From an uncultured delta proteobacterium (lineage in GTDB: Bacteria; Myxococcota_A; Polyangia; Polyangiales; Polyangiaceae), in the NCBI GenBank assembly GCA_963782055.1, contig CAWAIF010000003.1:6759948-6823947 (forward strand): DNA of 64,000 bases, read 5' to 3'. Positions within the stretch are counted from its first letter, which is position 1. Each line of letters opens with the position of its first letter. The notes under the pieces were generated by a model, which worked only from the letters and a program-made list of their open reading frames with translations, ran no database searches and was not told where the DNA came from. The translations under genes were made by a program, and so were the position numbers. This document shows, piece by piece, positions 10,435 through 18,848 of the stretch.

Positions 10435-11691
10435 ATGCACCTTCAATCTATCCTGCGCCGGCTGCAGCCGCAGCCCGGATTCGTCTACGACAAGATCACC
10501 TGGGCCGGGACGCCCACGCGGCCAGCGCTGCACGTCCACGTTCGACCTCGCCGCGGGTCCCTTGCCGTGTGCTCGCACTGCTACCGGAAGCGGCGCGGCT
10601 ACGACCACGGGCCGCCGCGCCTGTTCACCTTCGTGCCGCTCTGGGGCATCGCGGTGTTGTTCGTCTATGCGATGCGCCGCGTGGACTGTCCGCGTTGCGG
10701 CGTTACGGTGGAGCTGGTGCCCTGGGCCTCCGGCAAGAGCCAGGCGACGCACGCGTTCGTGTGGTTCGTCGCGAGCTGGGCGCGGGTGCTCTCGTGGACG
10801 GAGGTGGCGCGCCGCTTCCACTCGAGCTGGGACACCGTCTTCCGCTGCGTCGAGCACGCGGTACAGTGGGGCCTCGAGCATCGCAGCCTCGATGGCATCC
10901 GGTCCATCGGCGTCGACGAGCTGGCCTGGAAGAAGGGGCAGAAGTACCTCACCGTCGTCTACCAGCTCGACCACGGCTGCCGCCGCCTGCTCCACATCGC
11001 CCGCGACCGCACCGCCGCGAGCTTCCATTCCTTCTTCGACATGCTCGGCGAGGAGCGCACCAAGGCTATCGCCTTCGTGGCCAGCGACATGTGGCGTGCC
11101 TTCCTCAGCGTCGTGCAGGCCCGCTGCTCCGTCGTCCTCCACGTGCTCGACCGCTTCCACGTCGCCAAGCTCCTCGGCGAGGCCGTCGACACCGTGCGGC
11201 GCGACGAGGTCCGCGCCCTGCGCGCCACCGGACGCCACCCCCTGCTCACCAAGACCCGCTGGCTCCTGCTCAAGCGGCCCAAGAACCTCCGGCGTGGCGA
11301 GCGCCTCCGGCTGCGCGAGCTCGTCCGCATCAACCTTCGCTCCGTCCGTGCCTACCTGCTCAAGGAGCAGTTCCAGCACTTCTGGACCTACACCTCCGTC
11401 GCCGGGGCCGGGCGCTTCCTCGACGGCTGGACCACCATGGCCTTGCGGTCCCGCCTCGCGCCCTTTGCGAAGTTCGCGCGCACCCTCCGGAGCCACCGAC
11501 GCGAGCTGCTCAACTGGTTCCTCGCCCGAGGCGAGTTCGCCGCGGGCGCCACCGAGGGATTCAACAACAAGGCGCGAGTTACGACCCGAAAGGCGTACGG
11601 CTTCCGCAGCCCAAGGCACGCCGAAATCGCTCTGTATCATGCGCTTGGTGCCCTACCCGAGCCGCCTTGGCTCACCCACAGATTCTGCTGA
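10435..11691 (+). CDS. ISL3-family transposase
   Basis: zf-ISL3-like CSHCYRKRRGYDHG...CPRCG, DDE_Tnp_ISL3-like core (IGVDELAWKKGQKYLTVVYQLDHG..., ...RKAYGFRS). The ORF track's upstream extension to 10327 is probably leader. The 3' end overlaps the convergent HNH-like gene by 39 nt. Confidence 0.75.
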   Translation: MHLQSILRRLQPQPGFVYDKITWAGTPTRPALHVHVRPRRGSLAVCSHCYRKRRGYDHGPPRLFTFVPLWGIAVLFVYAMRRVDCPRCGVTVELVPWASGKSQATHAFVWFVASWARVLSWTEVARRFHSSWDTVFRCVEHAVQWGLEHRSLDGIRSIGVDELAWKKGQKYLTVVYQLDHGCRRLLHIARDRTAASFHSFFDMLGEERTKAIAFVASDMWRAFLSVVQARCSVVLHVLDRFHVAKLLGEAVDTVRRDEVRALRATGRHPLLTKTRWLLLKRPKNLRRGERLRLRELVRINLRSVRAYLLKEQFQHFWTYTSVAGAGRFLDGWTTMALRSRLAPFAKFARTLRSHRRELLNWFLARGEFAAGATEGFNNKARVTTRKAYGFRSPRHAEIALYHALGALPEPPWLTHRFC

Positions 11692-12117
11692 GGAGGCCCA
11701 TTTCTTCAGCACACGATCGATCCGCGGCCATTCGATTTTCTGCGTTAGGCGTCGACCAAGGTGAAGACCATCCGCTGAACGAAGATCGACCACCTCGAAG
11801 CCACGCTCGATGGATCGTCGGAGGCCATAATCTTTCCTCAAACCACGCATCGCCGTCGGGTAGATACGCTGGCCCGTTGCGGACAGTACGGTCTCGCTCA
11901 GGCTCAACAAGCCACGAAGGTAGTCCTCGTCCTTCTTCGGACCCTCATTGCATGGCCGACAGCTTGGAACGATGAGCTTGTCCAAGTCGCTCGGCCGCGG
12001 CTCGGGGAAGAACTGACGTCCGACGCAATGCTCTTGATCACGCGCAGCGCCCGAGAGACTTGTGCCGCAGTACGTGCACACAATCGACGTCGTGGATGCG
12101 GTCAACGCGCCTTTCAT
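11653..12117 (-). CDS. Small HNH-like (zinc-ribbon betabetaalpha-Me) nuclease-domain protein, 154 aa; third gene of the coupled operon
   Basis: MKGALTASTTSIVCTYCGTSLSGAARDQEHCVGRQFFPEPRPSDLDKLIVPSCRPCNEGPKKDE. CxxCG ... EH ... CxxCN spacing fits the HNH fold. ATG 12117-12115 overlaps the TGA of the DUF4238 gene (ATGA read on minus strand, tcat at 12114-12117). The Arg-rich 242-aa N-terminal extension in the ORF track (to 12381) overlaps the DUF4238 gene in another frame and is rejected. Confidence 0.6.
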   Translation of the reverse strand: MKGALTASTTSIVCTYCGTSLSGAARDQEHCVGRQFFPEPRPSDLDKLIVPSCRPCNEGPKKDEDYLRGLLSLSETVLSATGQRIYPTAMRGLRKDYGLRRSIERGFEVVDLRSADGLHLGRRLTQKIEWPRIDRVLKKWASSAESVGEPRRLG

Positions 12118-13280
12118 TTGCGTTCGTGCGAAGCACCCTCTGCAGGCCGCGCCTTCGCCGCCGCGGCGACCTGTTGCTCGAGGAAATCTCCGTACTCGTG
12201 CGCAAACGCCAACAGCGTCGGATTTCGGACCGGAACGGCCGGACCGTCGTAGTCCGCGTACGAGTGGCCGTCGATCACGCGCGCGAACGACAGCTTCCCG
12301 CCGATGCGCACCTCGGTCTTCGTCACGACGACGAACTGACTCATCTTCCCGTCCGGGCGCTGCGTGATTGGACTCGTCCACCTCTTATGCTGGTGCATCG
12401 GTGGATGCGCTCGGCGGCGACGCTGCACCAACTCGAGATGCTCGGTCGTCATGCGTGCCAACGAGAAGTACATGCACGTGATCGCGTTCACGGCTTGCAT
12501 CTGGTTCAAGTGCTCGACGTCCTTCGGGCCTGCGCGACAGACCAAACTTTTCCCACCGTACTCGTAGACGCTGGGGTCGAAGACCGCGAGCACAACACTC
12601 GGCGACAGCGGCATGAAGAGCTGCAACCCCTTGAGTGCGATTCCAGTGCTCGTGGGGTAGCGCTTCAGGACGTCATGGTGTTCGGCGAACTGGTTGTACG
12701 CAACCACCGGATGATCGGCGATCACGAATCCTGGCGTGCGGTCGGTCGTGATGAACTTGACGGCGAGGTCGTAAAACAGTGGCGTACTCTTGGCGGCTTG
12801 CCAGATCGCTTCCCCTTGCGGCTCGGTGTAGCCGATCTTCACGAGATCGACGTCCTCGGGTGTGACCTCGGACTTCTTGTTGAGCGCGATCGTGCCCTTC
12901 ATCGCCGGCTTCAACATGGAGTCGACGAAAGCGTTCAGCCGTTCAGCTGCTCCCTTGGTGCGCGCGAGCTGGTAGGCCATGAAGAACCGAAGCGGATCAA
13001 TCGCTTCCTCGGTGAGGCTCTCGAGATGTTCCCGCGAGAGATCGCCGAGCAGGCGAGAGACCTTCGCCTCCTCGTCAGCGAATGATTTCTCCATGATGTT
13101 GTCGGCGCCGTAGAAGTAGTCCGCGTAGCACTGCTGCTTGAGTGGCGCGTTGTCGATGCGCTTTCCGTCCTCGAGGACGATGAGCGAGATTCGATGTCCG
13201 TCGGCCGAGAACTTCCGCAACACGAACCGTGGCACATAGTGCTGCCGCTTCGTCTCTCCTTTTCGTGCCGTAGTGGTCAT
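12114..13280 (-). CDS. DUF4238-family protein (N-terminal KRQHYVPRFVLRKF motif), 388 aa; second gene of the coupled operon
   Basis: The N-terminal HYVP(Q/R)F motif is the hallmark I associate with Pfam DUF4238. Lower GC (~58%) than surroundings. ATG 13280-13278 overlaps the TGA of the upstream 598-aa gene (tcat at 13277-13280). Confidence 0.75.
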   Translation of the reverse strand: MTTTARKGETKRQHYVPRFVLRKFSADGHRISLIVLEDGKRIDNAPLKQQCYADYFYGADNIMEKSFADEEAKVSRLLGDLSREHLESLTEEAIDPLRFFMAYQLARTKGAAERLNAFVDSMLKPAMKGTIALNKKSEVTPEDVDLVKIGYTEPQGEAIWQAAKSTPLFYDLAVKFITTDRTPGFVIADHPVVAYNQFAEHHDVLKRYPTSTGIALKGLQLFMPLSPSVVLAVFDPSVYEYGGKSLVCRAGPKDVEHLNQMQAVNAITCMYFSLARMTTEHLELVQRRRRAHPPMHQHKRWTSPITQRPDGKMSQFVVVTKTEVRIGGKLSFARVIDGHSYADYDGPAVPVRNPTLLAFAHEYGDFLEQQVAAAAKARPAEGASHERK

Positions 13281-15073
13281 TTCGGAGCCTCGGGTGTTGA
13301 TTTCGCTTCATGTGGCGGCGGCTGCGTCGCGACGAGCGCGAACAACACGCAGAGCCGTAGCGCCAACCACCAGACGTACGCGGCGGTCGTGGACCGACAT
13401 TGGTCGTCGTCCAGCAACCCGTGAGCTTCGAGATGGCGAAGGTTCGACCCGAATCGTTCGATGAGGAGCCCGCGAAGGTCGAACACGACGTCTTCGCCAA
13501 AGATCTGCTTCACGAGCTCGAGGCCGAGGAGGTGATCGAGTTGGTGGCCGTCCTGGATTCCCTCGCTGTCCAAACCGAACCCGCGACCACCATTCTGCTC
13601 GACCACGAATCGGAGTGAGTTCTCGAGTTGAGGCACGAGAAGCGCCGTCGCGAGCATGAAGTCGCCGCGCAGTCCGGCTGCAAGACCGCGCGCAAAGCGA
13701 ACGTCATGCCCCGGCGGAAGGAACGGGCTATGTCGCACGATCTGAGAAAGATCCTCGTCTCGGACGTGGTGCTCTTCGCAGATCGCGCGACGTGCGGGTT
13801 CGAGCAGACACGCGGTGAGATGCTGGAGCATGCGCGCGTGGTCGAACATCAAAGGCTCCAGCGCTTCCTTTTCCGAAAGACCGGGTGCAGGCTGACGAAG
13901 CCCCGTCGTGCGGCCCGTCTTCGCATCCACGACGGACGTCGCGAAGAGGTATCGCATCGGTGATTCGCGCGCGCTGTCCATCACGACCTGCTTGAGCCCG
14001 GCAACGCTGGGAGACCGCGTCAACGTCGCGAGCGCGATGAGAGCGTCGGTCACCGTGGGTTTCCCGCGAACAGCCGCAATCGCTTGCTTGACCTCCTCGG
14101 TGAGGTCGACGCTCGCGCTGTACTCACGAAAATCGCGGACCGATCGCTGCTGATACTCGCGCATCGTCTTCAGGAGCTCCTCGACGCGAGCGGCCTGATT
14201 GCCGACACGGCGGAGGGCTTCGATGGCCTTCTGCATATGCATGGCCGCAACGCCGTTGCCGCCAGCGTTGGCTGTGACGTCCGCAAGCGAGACGAGCGCT
14301 TCCACGCTTGCGATCCGCGCTGCTCGTGCAGCGGGCGCGTCTTTCGCAAGGTCGAACCAACGCGCCGCGATGTTGTACAGCGTTTCAGCTCGCAGTCCGT
14401 CGTGCGCGGCATTGGCGTCCGCGCCGATCGCCATCGCGAGCTTGCCGTACTTCTGAGCATCCCCGAGACGATGTTCGAGCAACAGCTCCATGAGCTTTGC
14501 CGACAGATAAAGCGGGTCCTTGCCTCCGAGCCGATCGAGAAGGAGTTCGATGTGCGCGACGACAGCGGTGAAAGGCGCGTTCCTTTTTCCAAGCGACGCT
14601 GCCAGACGAAGAGCACGCTGAATGCGCCAAAAACATCCGCACCAGTTCGTTGGATCTTCGAGTCGCACAGCGGACTCGAGGTATGCGGTCACCGCGGCTT
14701 CGGCCGCTTTCCGGTCGTGACGTCGAAGCCACAGCACGTCACCGACACGAGCGCGCAACTCCGCGTCGGTGTCCGTCGCGAGCAACGGCACGAGCGAGTC
14801 GAGTTGTTCGCCCGTGAGTGCGTCGATTCGATCGCGAGGTGCCAGCACGTCGTCGCCCTCCTCGCGGAGGAACGGCTCGCAGACGTCGCTCAGGAGAAGC
14901 AGTTCCGCTTTTTGTGTGGCGTCATTGGCGTCGTTTGCCGCGCGCCGGAACCCGACCGCGTACTGGTAACACTCCTTCGGGTTCGCGGCGTCGACGACTT
15001 CGCGCCAAGCAACGGTAGTAGCCTCGGACGGCGCGGTCATGGCGCACCTGCCGACGTCGCAGACCCGGTCCAA
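13277..15073 (-). CDS. Large alpha-helical protein (598 aa) with C-terminal HEPN-like Rx4H motif (ERFGSNLRHLEAHGLL); first gene of the coupled operon
   Basis: Long ORF. C-terminal ...FGEDVVFDLRGLLIERFGSNLRHLEAHG matches the R-x4-6-H HEPN RNase signature with the downstream AHG typical of Abi/HEPN proteins. The rest has no recognisable catalytic motif. Start may be ATG 15073 or the internal MTAPSE at about 15040. Confidence 0.65.
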   Translation of the reverse strand: MDRVCDVGRCAMTAPSEATTVAWREVVDAANPKECYQYAVGFRRAANDANDATQKAELLLLSDVCEPFLREEGDDVLAPRDRIDALTGEQLDSLVPLLATDTDAELRARVGDVLWLRRHDRKAAEAAVTAYLESAVRLEDPTNWCGCFWRIQRALRLAASLGKRNAPFTAVVAHIELLLDRLGGKDPLYLSAKLMELLLEHRLGDAQKYGKLAMAIGADANAAHDGLRAETLYNIAARWFDLAKDAPAARAARIASVEALVSLADVTANAGGNGVAAMHMQKAIEALRRVGNQAARVEELLKTMREYQQRSVRDFREYSASVDLTEEVKQAIAAVRGKPTVTDALIALATLTRSPSVAGLKQVVMDSARESPMRYLFATSVVDAKTGRTTGLRQPAPGLSEKEALEPLMFDHARMLQHLTACLLEPARRAICEEHHVRDEDLSQIVRHSPFLPPGHDVRFARGLAAGLRGDFMLATALLVPQLENSLRFVVEQNGGRGFGLDSEGIQDGHQLDHLLGLELVKQIFGEDVVFDLRGLLIERFGSNLRHLEAHGLLDDDQCRSTTAAYVWWLALRLCVLFALVATQPPPHEAKSTPEAPK

Positions 15074-15542
15074 ACTGACAGAGACCTACGGGAAATCGTG
15101 GACGATGCGGAGCATCGAACGCCCAACAATTGGGCACGAGAAGACTTTTTCATCGCTTCGACCGACGACTGGTTTGCGTACCCGGAAGATCCGGTTGGCG
15201 TATGTGCAGTCGGTCACGATGGACGTTGGCTCCATCGACGACGCGGAGCAAGACTCGGTCGACGCAATTACATTCGCCAACGCGGAAAAAGAACTGTGAA
15301 GGGAGCCTTCTTCGGGCGCGATGGCCCGGACCCTCATGGTCGACGCGCAGAGGCCTTACGCGGTCGGCCCGGGAGCGTACGGGATTTGAGCGCGGTTTTC
15401 CACGAGCCTCGAGCCCTCGGGGCACCGCCGCCGGCGGTGTGGTGGTGCGCCTGAACGTCGCATGGCGGCCGCGGCGGCGGGCGGAGCGCCGGTTTCCACG
15501 GGATTTTCGCCTCGCGCGCGCACCGGTCCGTGACCGAGGGCG

Positions 15543-16671
15543 TCAGGCGGCGACGATGGCGCCGGCGATGCGGCGGATGACGGCGCTGCGGTAGTAGGGC
15601 GGAGCGCGGGCGGGCGCGCGCGGCGGGACGTCGTGTGGCTCGCCGAGCCCCTCGAGAAACCTCCGGATGCCGCGCGGCTCCTGCACCATCGCGACGAGCT
15701 TCATGCGGCCCTCGCACTTCGGGCACTTCTGCACGTCCACCGCGAAGGTGCGGGCCATGAGCTCCGCCCACGGCCAGTAGCGGGAGCGCTTCGGCTTGTC
15801 GTCGTCCTGCGCTGTCGCCGGCGCGGAGGCGGGCGGGCGGCGGACGATCTTCGGGCGCACTTTGCTGGCGGAGGCGAGCACGCCGGCGTAGCGGACGGTG
15901 TGGAAGCGCGGCGCGGGGACGGCGGCGCAGAGGCGCAAGAGGAGCGAGAGCGGGTCCATGTCGACAGCGACGGGTCCCCTGTCGCCTGGCCGCCGAAGGC
16001 GGACAGCTGCGACGGGGCTGGCCGTCGGAGAAAGGCTTCTTGAGCGCGATGCGCACCAGGTTGTCCGGTCCTCGGGCGATGCGCTCCTGGGCGACGGGCG
16101 GGCGCAGGATGTAGCGCAGGAGCGCCTCGCGCCCGGCGGCGTCGAGGGCGCCGGCGCGGGTGGCGGCGTGCAGGTTGAAGCCCTCGTCCTGGGCGCAGAG
16201 CTCGGCGCGCGAGGAGCCCGTGCCGAAGCTCGCGCCGCGGCGGAGCGCGGGGCCGGCGGGCGGGTGGCCGCGCACGCTGGTGAGCATGGGCTGCACGTCC
16301 TCGTCGTCGGCACGCTCCTCGGCGCGGGCGAGCAGGCGCTCGATGCGGCGGCGAGCGCGGGCGAGCACCTCGGCAACCTCGCTACCGCGCAGGTGGCCGA
16401 GGGCGCGGAAGCGCGGCTCGCCGTCCACCTCGACGTAGCCGCCGTCCAGGAAGACGGCGTGCACGTGCGGGTTGAGCTTGAGATCGCTCGAGGTGCGCTG
16501 CACGACGGCGACGCAGCCGCTCGCGCCCGCCCGCTTCTTGTAGAACGCAACCACCGTCGCGAGGAAGGCGCGCGTCACCTTGCCGAGCAGCGGGGCGTTG
16601 TAGGCGAGGCGATGCCGGATGGCGTGCGGCATGGTGAGCACCCACTGCCGCAGCGGGGCCTCCGGCAGCAC
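15543..16671 (-). pseudogene. IS91-family (HUH/Y2 rolling-circle) transposase, N-terminally truncated and frameshifted
   Basis: Across two frames: ...VLPEAPLRQWVLTMPHAIRHRLAY...LNPHVHAVFLDGGY (HUH)...GFNLHAATR...LLRYILRPPVAQERI...VRIALKKPFSDG, then in another frame ...FHTVRYAGVLASASKVRP...RYWPWAELMARTFAVDVQKCPKCEGRMKLVAMVQEPRGIRRFLEGLG (IS91 C-terminus). No start codon or Zn-finger N-terminus. Confidence 0.65.
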
Positions 16672-17415
16672 GACGTGATCGCCGCGGAGGACACGCGCCA
16701 CACGCGCAAGCTGCTCACGCACCACGGCGTCACCGGCAAGGAGCTCGTCGCGCTGCACGCCCACTCCACCGGGCGCGACGTGGCGAGGCTGGTGGAGCCG
16801 CTGCGCGGCGGGGAGTCGGTGGCGCTGGTGACCGACGCCGGCACGCCCGGCGTGAGCGATCCCGGCGACGCCCTGGTGCGCGGGGCGATCGAGGCGGGCG
16901 TGCGCGTCGTGCCGGTGCCGGGGCCGAGCGCGGTGCTCGCCGCGCTGGTGGCGAGCGGTCTGGGCACGGGCGGCGCCTTCCGCTTCCTCGGCTTCCTCCC
17001 GCGGTCGGGGACGGAGCGGGAGGAGGCGCTGGGCCGCGCGGCGGCGACGCCGGAGCCGGTGGTCCTCTACGAGGCGCCGGGACGTGTGCAAGATACACTG
17101 ATCGATCTGGCGCGCGCGACGCCCGCGCGGCGCGGGTGCGTCGCGCGGGAGCTCACCAAGGTGCACGAGGAGCTCACGCGCGGGACGCTGGAGGAGCTCG
17201 CGGCCGACACGCGCGAGTGGCGCGGGGAGGTGGTCATCGTGCTCGGCCCGCACCACGCGGCGGAGGCGGCGGTGGACGACGCCTCGCTGGACGTTCGCAT
17301 CGCGGAGGAGCTGGCGCGCGGCGAGCCGGCGCGCCGCATCGCCGAGCGCCTGGCCGCGTGGAGCGGGCGGCCGAAGCGCGAGGTGTACGAGCGCGTCCTG
17401 CGGAGGAAGAAGTAG
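16672..17415 (+). pseudogene. rsmI: rsmI (16S rRNA 2'-O-ribose C1402 methyltransferase), 5'-truncated; about 40 N-terminal codons including the GTLYxVxTPIGN SAM-loop are missing
   Basis: DVIAAEDTRHTRKLLTHHGVTGKELVALHAHSTGRD...ESVALVTDAGTPGVSDPG...VRVVPVPGPSAVLAALVASGL...FLGFLP...PVVLYEAPGRV...ARELTKVHEE aligns along the whole E. coli RsmI from the AAEDTR box. The preceding frame lacks the conserved N-terminal motif and abuts the IS91 fragment on the opposite strand. Confidence 0.7.
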
Positions 17416-17486
17416 GCTGGTATCCTCCCGCGGTGCGACCCGCCCTCGCTCTGCCCGCGGCCGCCTGCTCGGCGCCGCCGGATCCG

Positions 17487-17990
17487 TCAGGCGGCCCCGA
17501 CCACGGCGTGACGCTCTACGTGCACCAGTACGGCAGCGCAGCGTACACACCGAACGGCGAGACCACGAGCTGGGCCGGGATCTCGTACGTCTACGACCCG
17601 CTCGGGAATCTCCGCCAGGTGCAGTACGCCGATGTCCACGATGGCCTGCGCGAAGGTGGCGTTGTACTGCTCGACGTCGCGCCCCCTGCCAGACCGCTTC
17701 ACGATGGTCCTGGGGCGGTCGAAGACGGCCATCAGGGGCAACCCGCCGAAGGCGACGAAGTGGCGCGCCAGGCAGCGCACGACCGTCTCGACGCGCTCGT
17801 TGTCGACGAGGGAGACGCCGACGAAGCGTCGAGTACTTCAGGCGCGAGGCGAAGAAGACGAAGGTGACGTCGACGTGCCCGAAGTCATGCTGCGAGAGCT
17901 CGCCGGGCAGGCCCTCGAAGCGCACGACGGGGGCAGCGCGGGGTGGGCGGACGCCGGCGACCAGGGCGTAGAAGGCCGACTTGTGGCCCG
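17487..17990 (-). pseudogene. IS21-family IstA fragment (two frames)
   Basis: ...VRFEGLPGELSQHDFGHVDVTFVFFASRLKYS... (compare the RHEAGREGSFDFTDASELGVTIAGEAFPHLFFQLVLSFSKW of the intact copy) and FGGLPLMAVFDRPRTIVKRSG...QYNATFAQAIVDIGV in a second frame. Confidence 0.5.
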
Positions 17991-18085
17991 CGTACCCCGC
18001 CTCGGTCGCGCCCACCACGACCTGCCCTTCTGACTGCGCTCCTCGATTCTCGTGCTCGACGCTCCCTCCATCTTCGTGACCACGC

Positions 18086-18640
18086 TCACTTGGGTGGCCG
18101 CGAGCGCTCCCAGCGCGCGAGGGCGTCAGCCTCGGCGCGACGCACCGTGCGCCAAGCGAGCCCGTACTTGGTCGCGACGTGCGAGAGCGGCATCGAGTAG
18201 GCGTCGAGCGCGAGGTGGTGCTGCAGCCTCGTCGTCTGCCGCTGCTTCGGCTCCGCCCAGGGCAGTCTGTCGGTCGCGTGGGCACCGCAGCGCGGACACT
18301 TCACACGCACGGGCGCGTACTCGATCCGTGCACGCCGGCCGGCCCACGGCAGGTCCTCCCACCGTCGCGTCTTGCGACGCTCGTGGGTGCGGCCCGTCAC
18401 GATCGTCATGCACTGCCCGCAGCGCGGCGACCACCGCCGCACGAGCGACAGCACGAGCACGGCGCCCGCGGGGACATCGAAGCCGGCCACCGACTCGATG
18501 CGCTCCCCCGTCCGCGTCTCCCATCTCGCTTCATGCACGTTGAAACCTCGAAACCCGACAATCTCTGTGAGAATCTCTCGTCGCTGACCCAGCGCGGCGT
18601 GCTCCCGGTTGTTTGCACATCCAAGAGATCGCCACGGCAA
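18086..18640 (-). pseudogene. ISL3-family transposase N-terminal fragment (zf-ISL3 + HTH), truncated after about 184 aa
   Basis: ...WSPRCGQC...VRVKCPRCGAHATDRLPWAEPKQRQTTRLQHHLALDAYSMPLSHVATKYGLAWRTVRR. Same architecture as the intact ISL3 at 10435 but a different sequence. The DDE domain is absent. Confidence 0.6.
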
Positions 18641-18848
18641 TTCGGCCGCGTCGATGGGTCAGCACTCTCTCTACGCGAGGTCGGAAATGCCGCCCCTTTC
18701 ACGCGCTCGATCGGTGGTCACGCCAGCCCCCATTCGGCCGAAAAGCGGGAAAACCGCGCTCAATTCCCCTACGCTCCCGCCCCCAAATCGTGACGCCGAT
18801 ATAGCCCTCGTCACTTGACGCCACCCTGCGTCCGGGTACCTTGATCGG

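Noticed and set aside
10124-11975. 546-aa and 468-aa plus-strand ORFs overlapping the ISL3 transposase
   Set aside because: Alternative frames of the transposase with Ser/Arg/Pro-rich low-complexity products.
11653-12381. 242-aa version of the HNH-like gene starting at 12381
   Set aside because: The first 88 codons (MDESNHAAPGREDESVRRRDEDRG...) overlap the DUF4238 gene in another frame and are Arg-rich. The ATGA-coupled ATG at 12117 is the parsimonious start.
15039-15337. Two small ORFs (86 aa plus, 83 aa minus) in the lower-GC leader of the 598-aa gene
   Set aside because: No SD, no motifs, and they overlap each other. They are more likely promoter/leader sequence of the operon. Kept only as a region to check by transcript mapping.
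16672-16743. Apparent extension of IS91 similarity (…RVARVLRGDHVV…) antisense to the rsmI AAEDTR region
   Set aside because: Both strands cannot be coding here. The RsmI match is exact-motif and continues for 240 aa, so the weak IS91-like antisense stretch is judged coincidental.
15334-18285. 983-aa minus-strand ORF
   Set aside because: Extremely Arg/Pro-rich, a typical antisense or out-of-frame artefact in 70% GC DNA. Only internal segments match IS91 and IS21 transposases, and those are annotated as pseudogene fragments instead.
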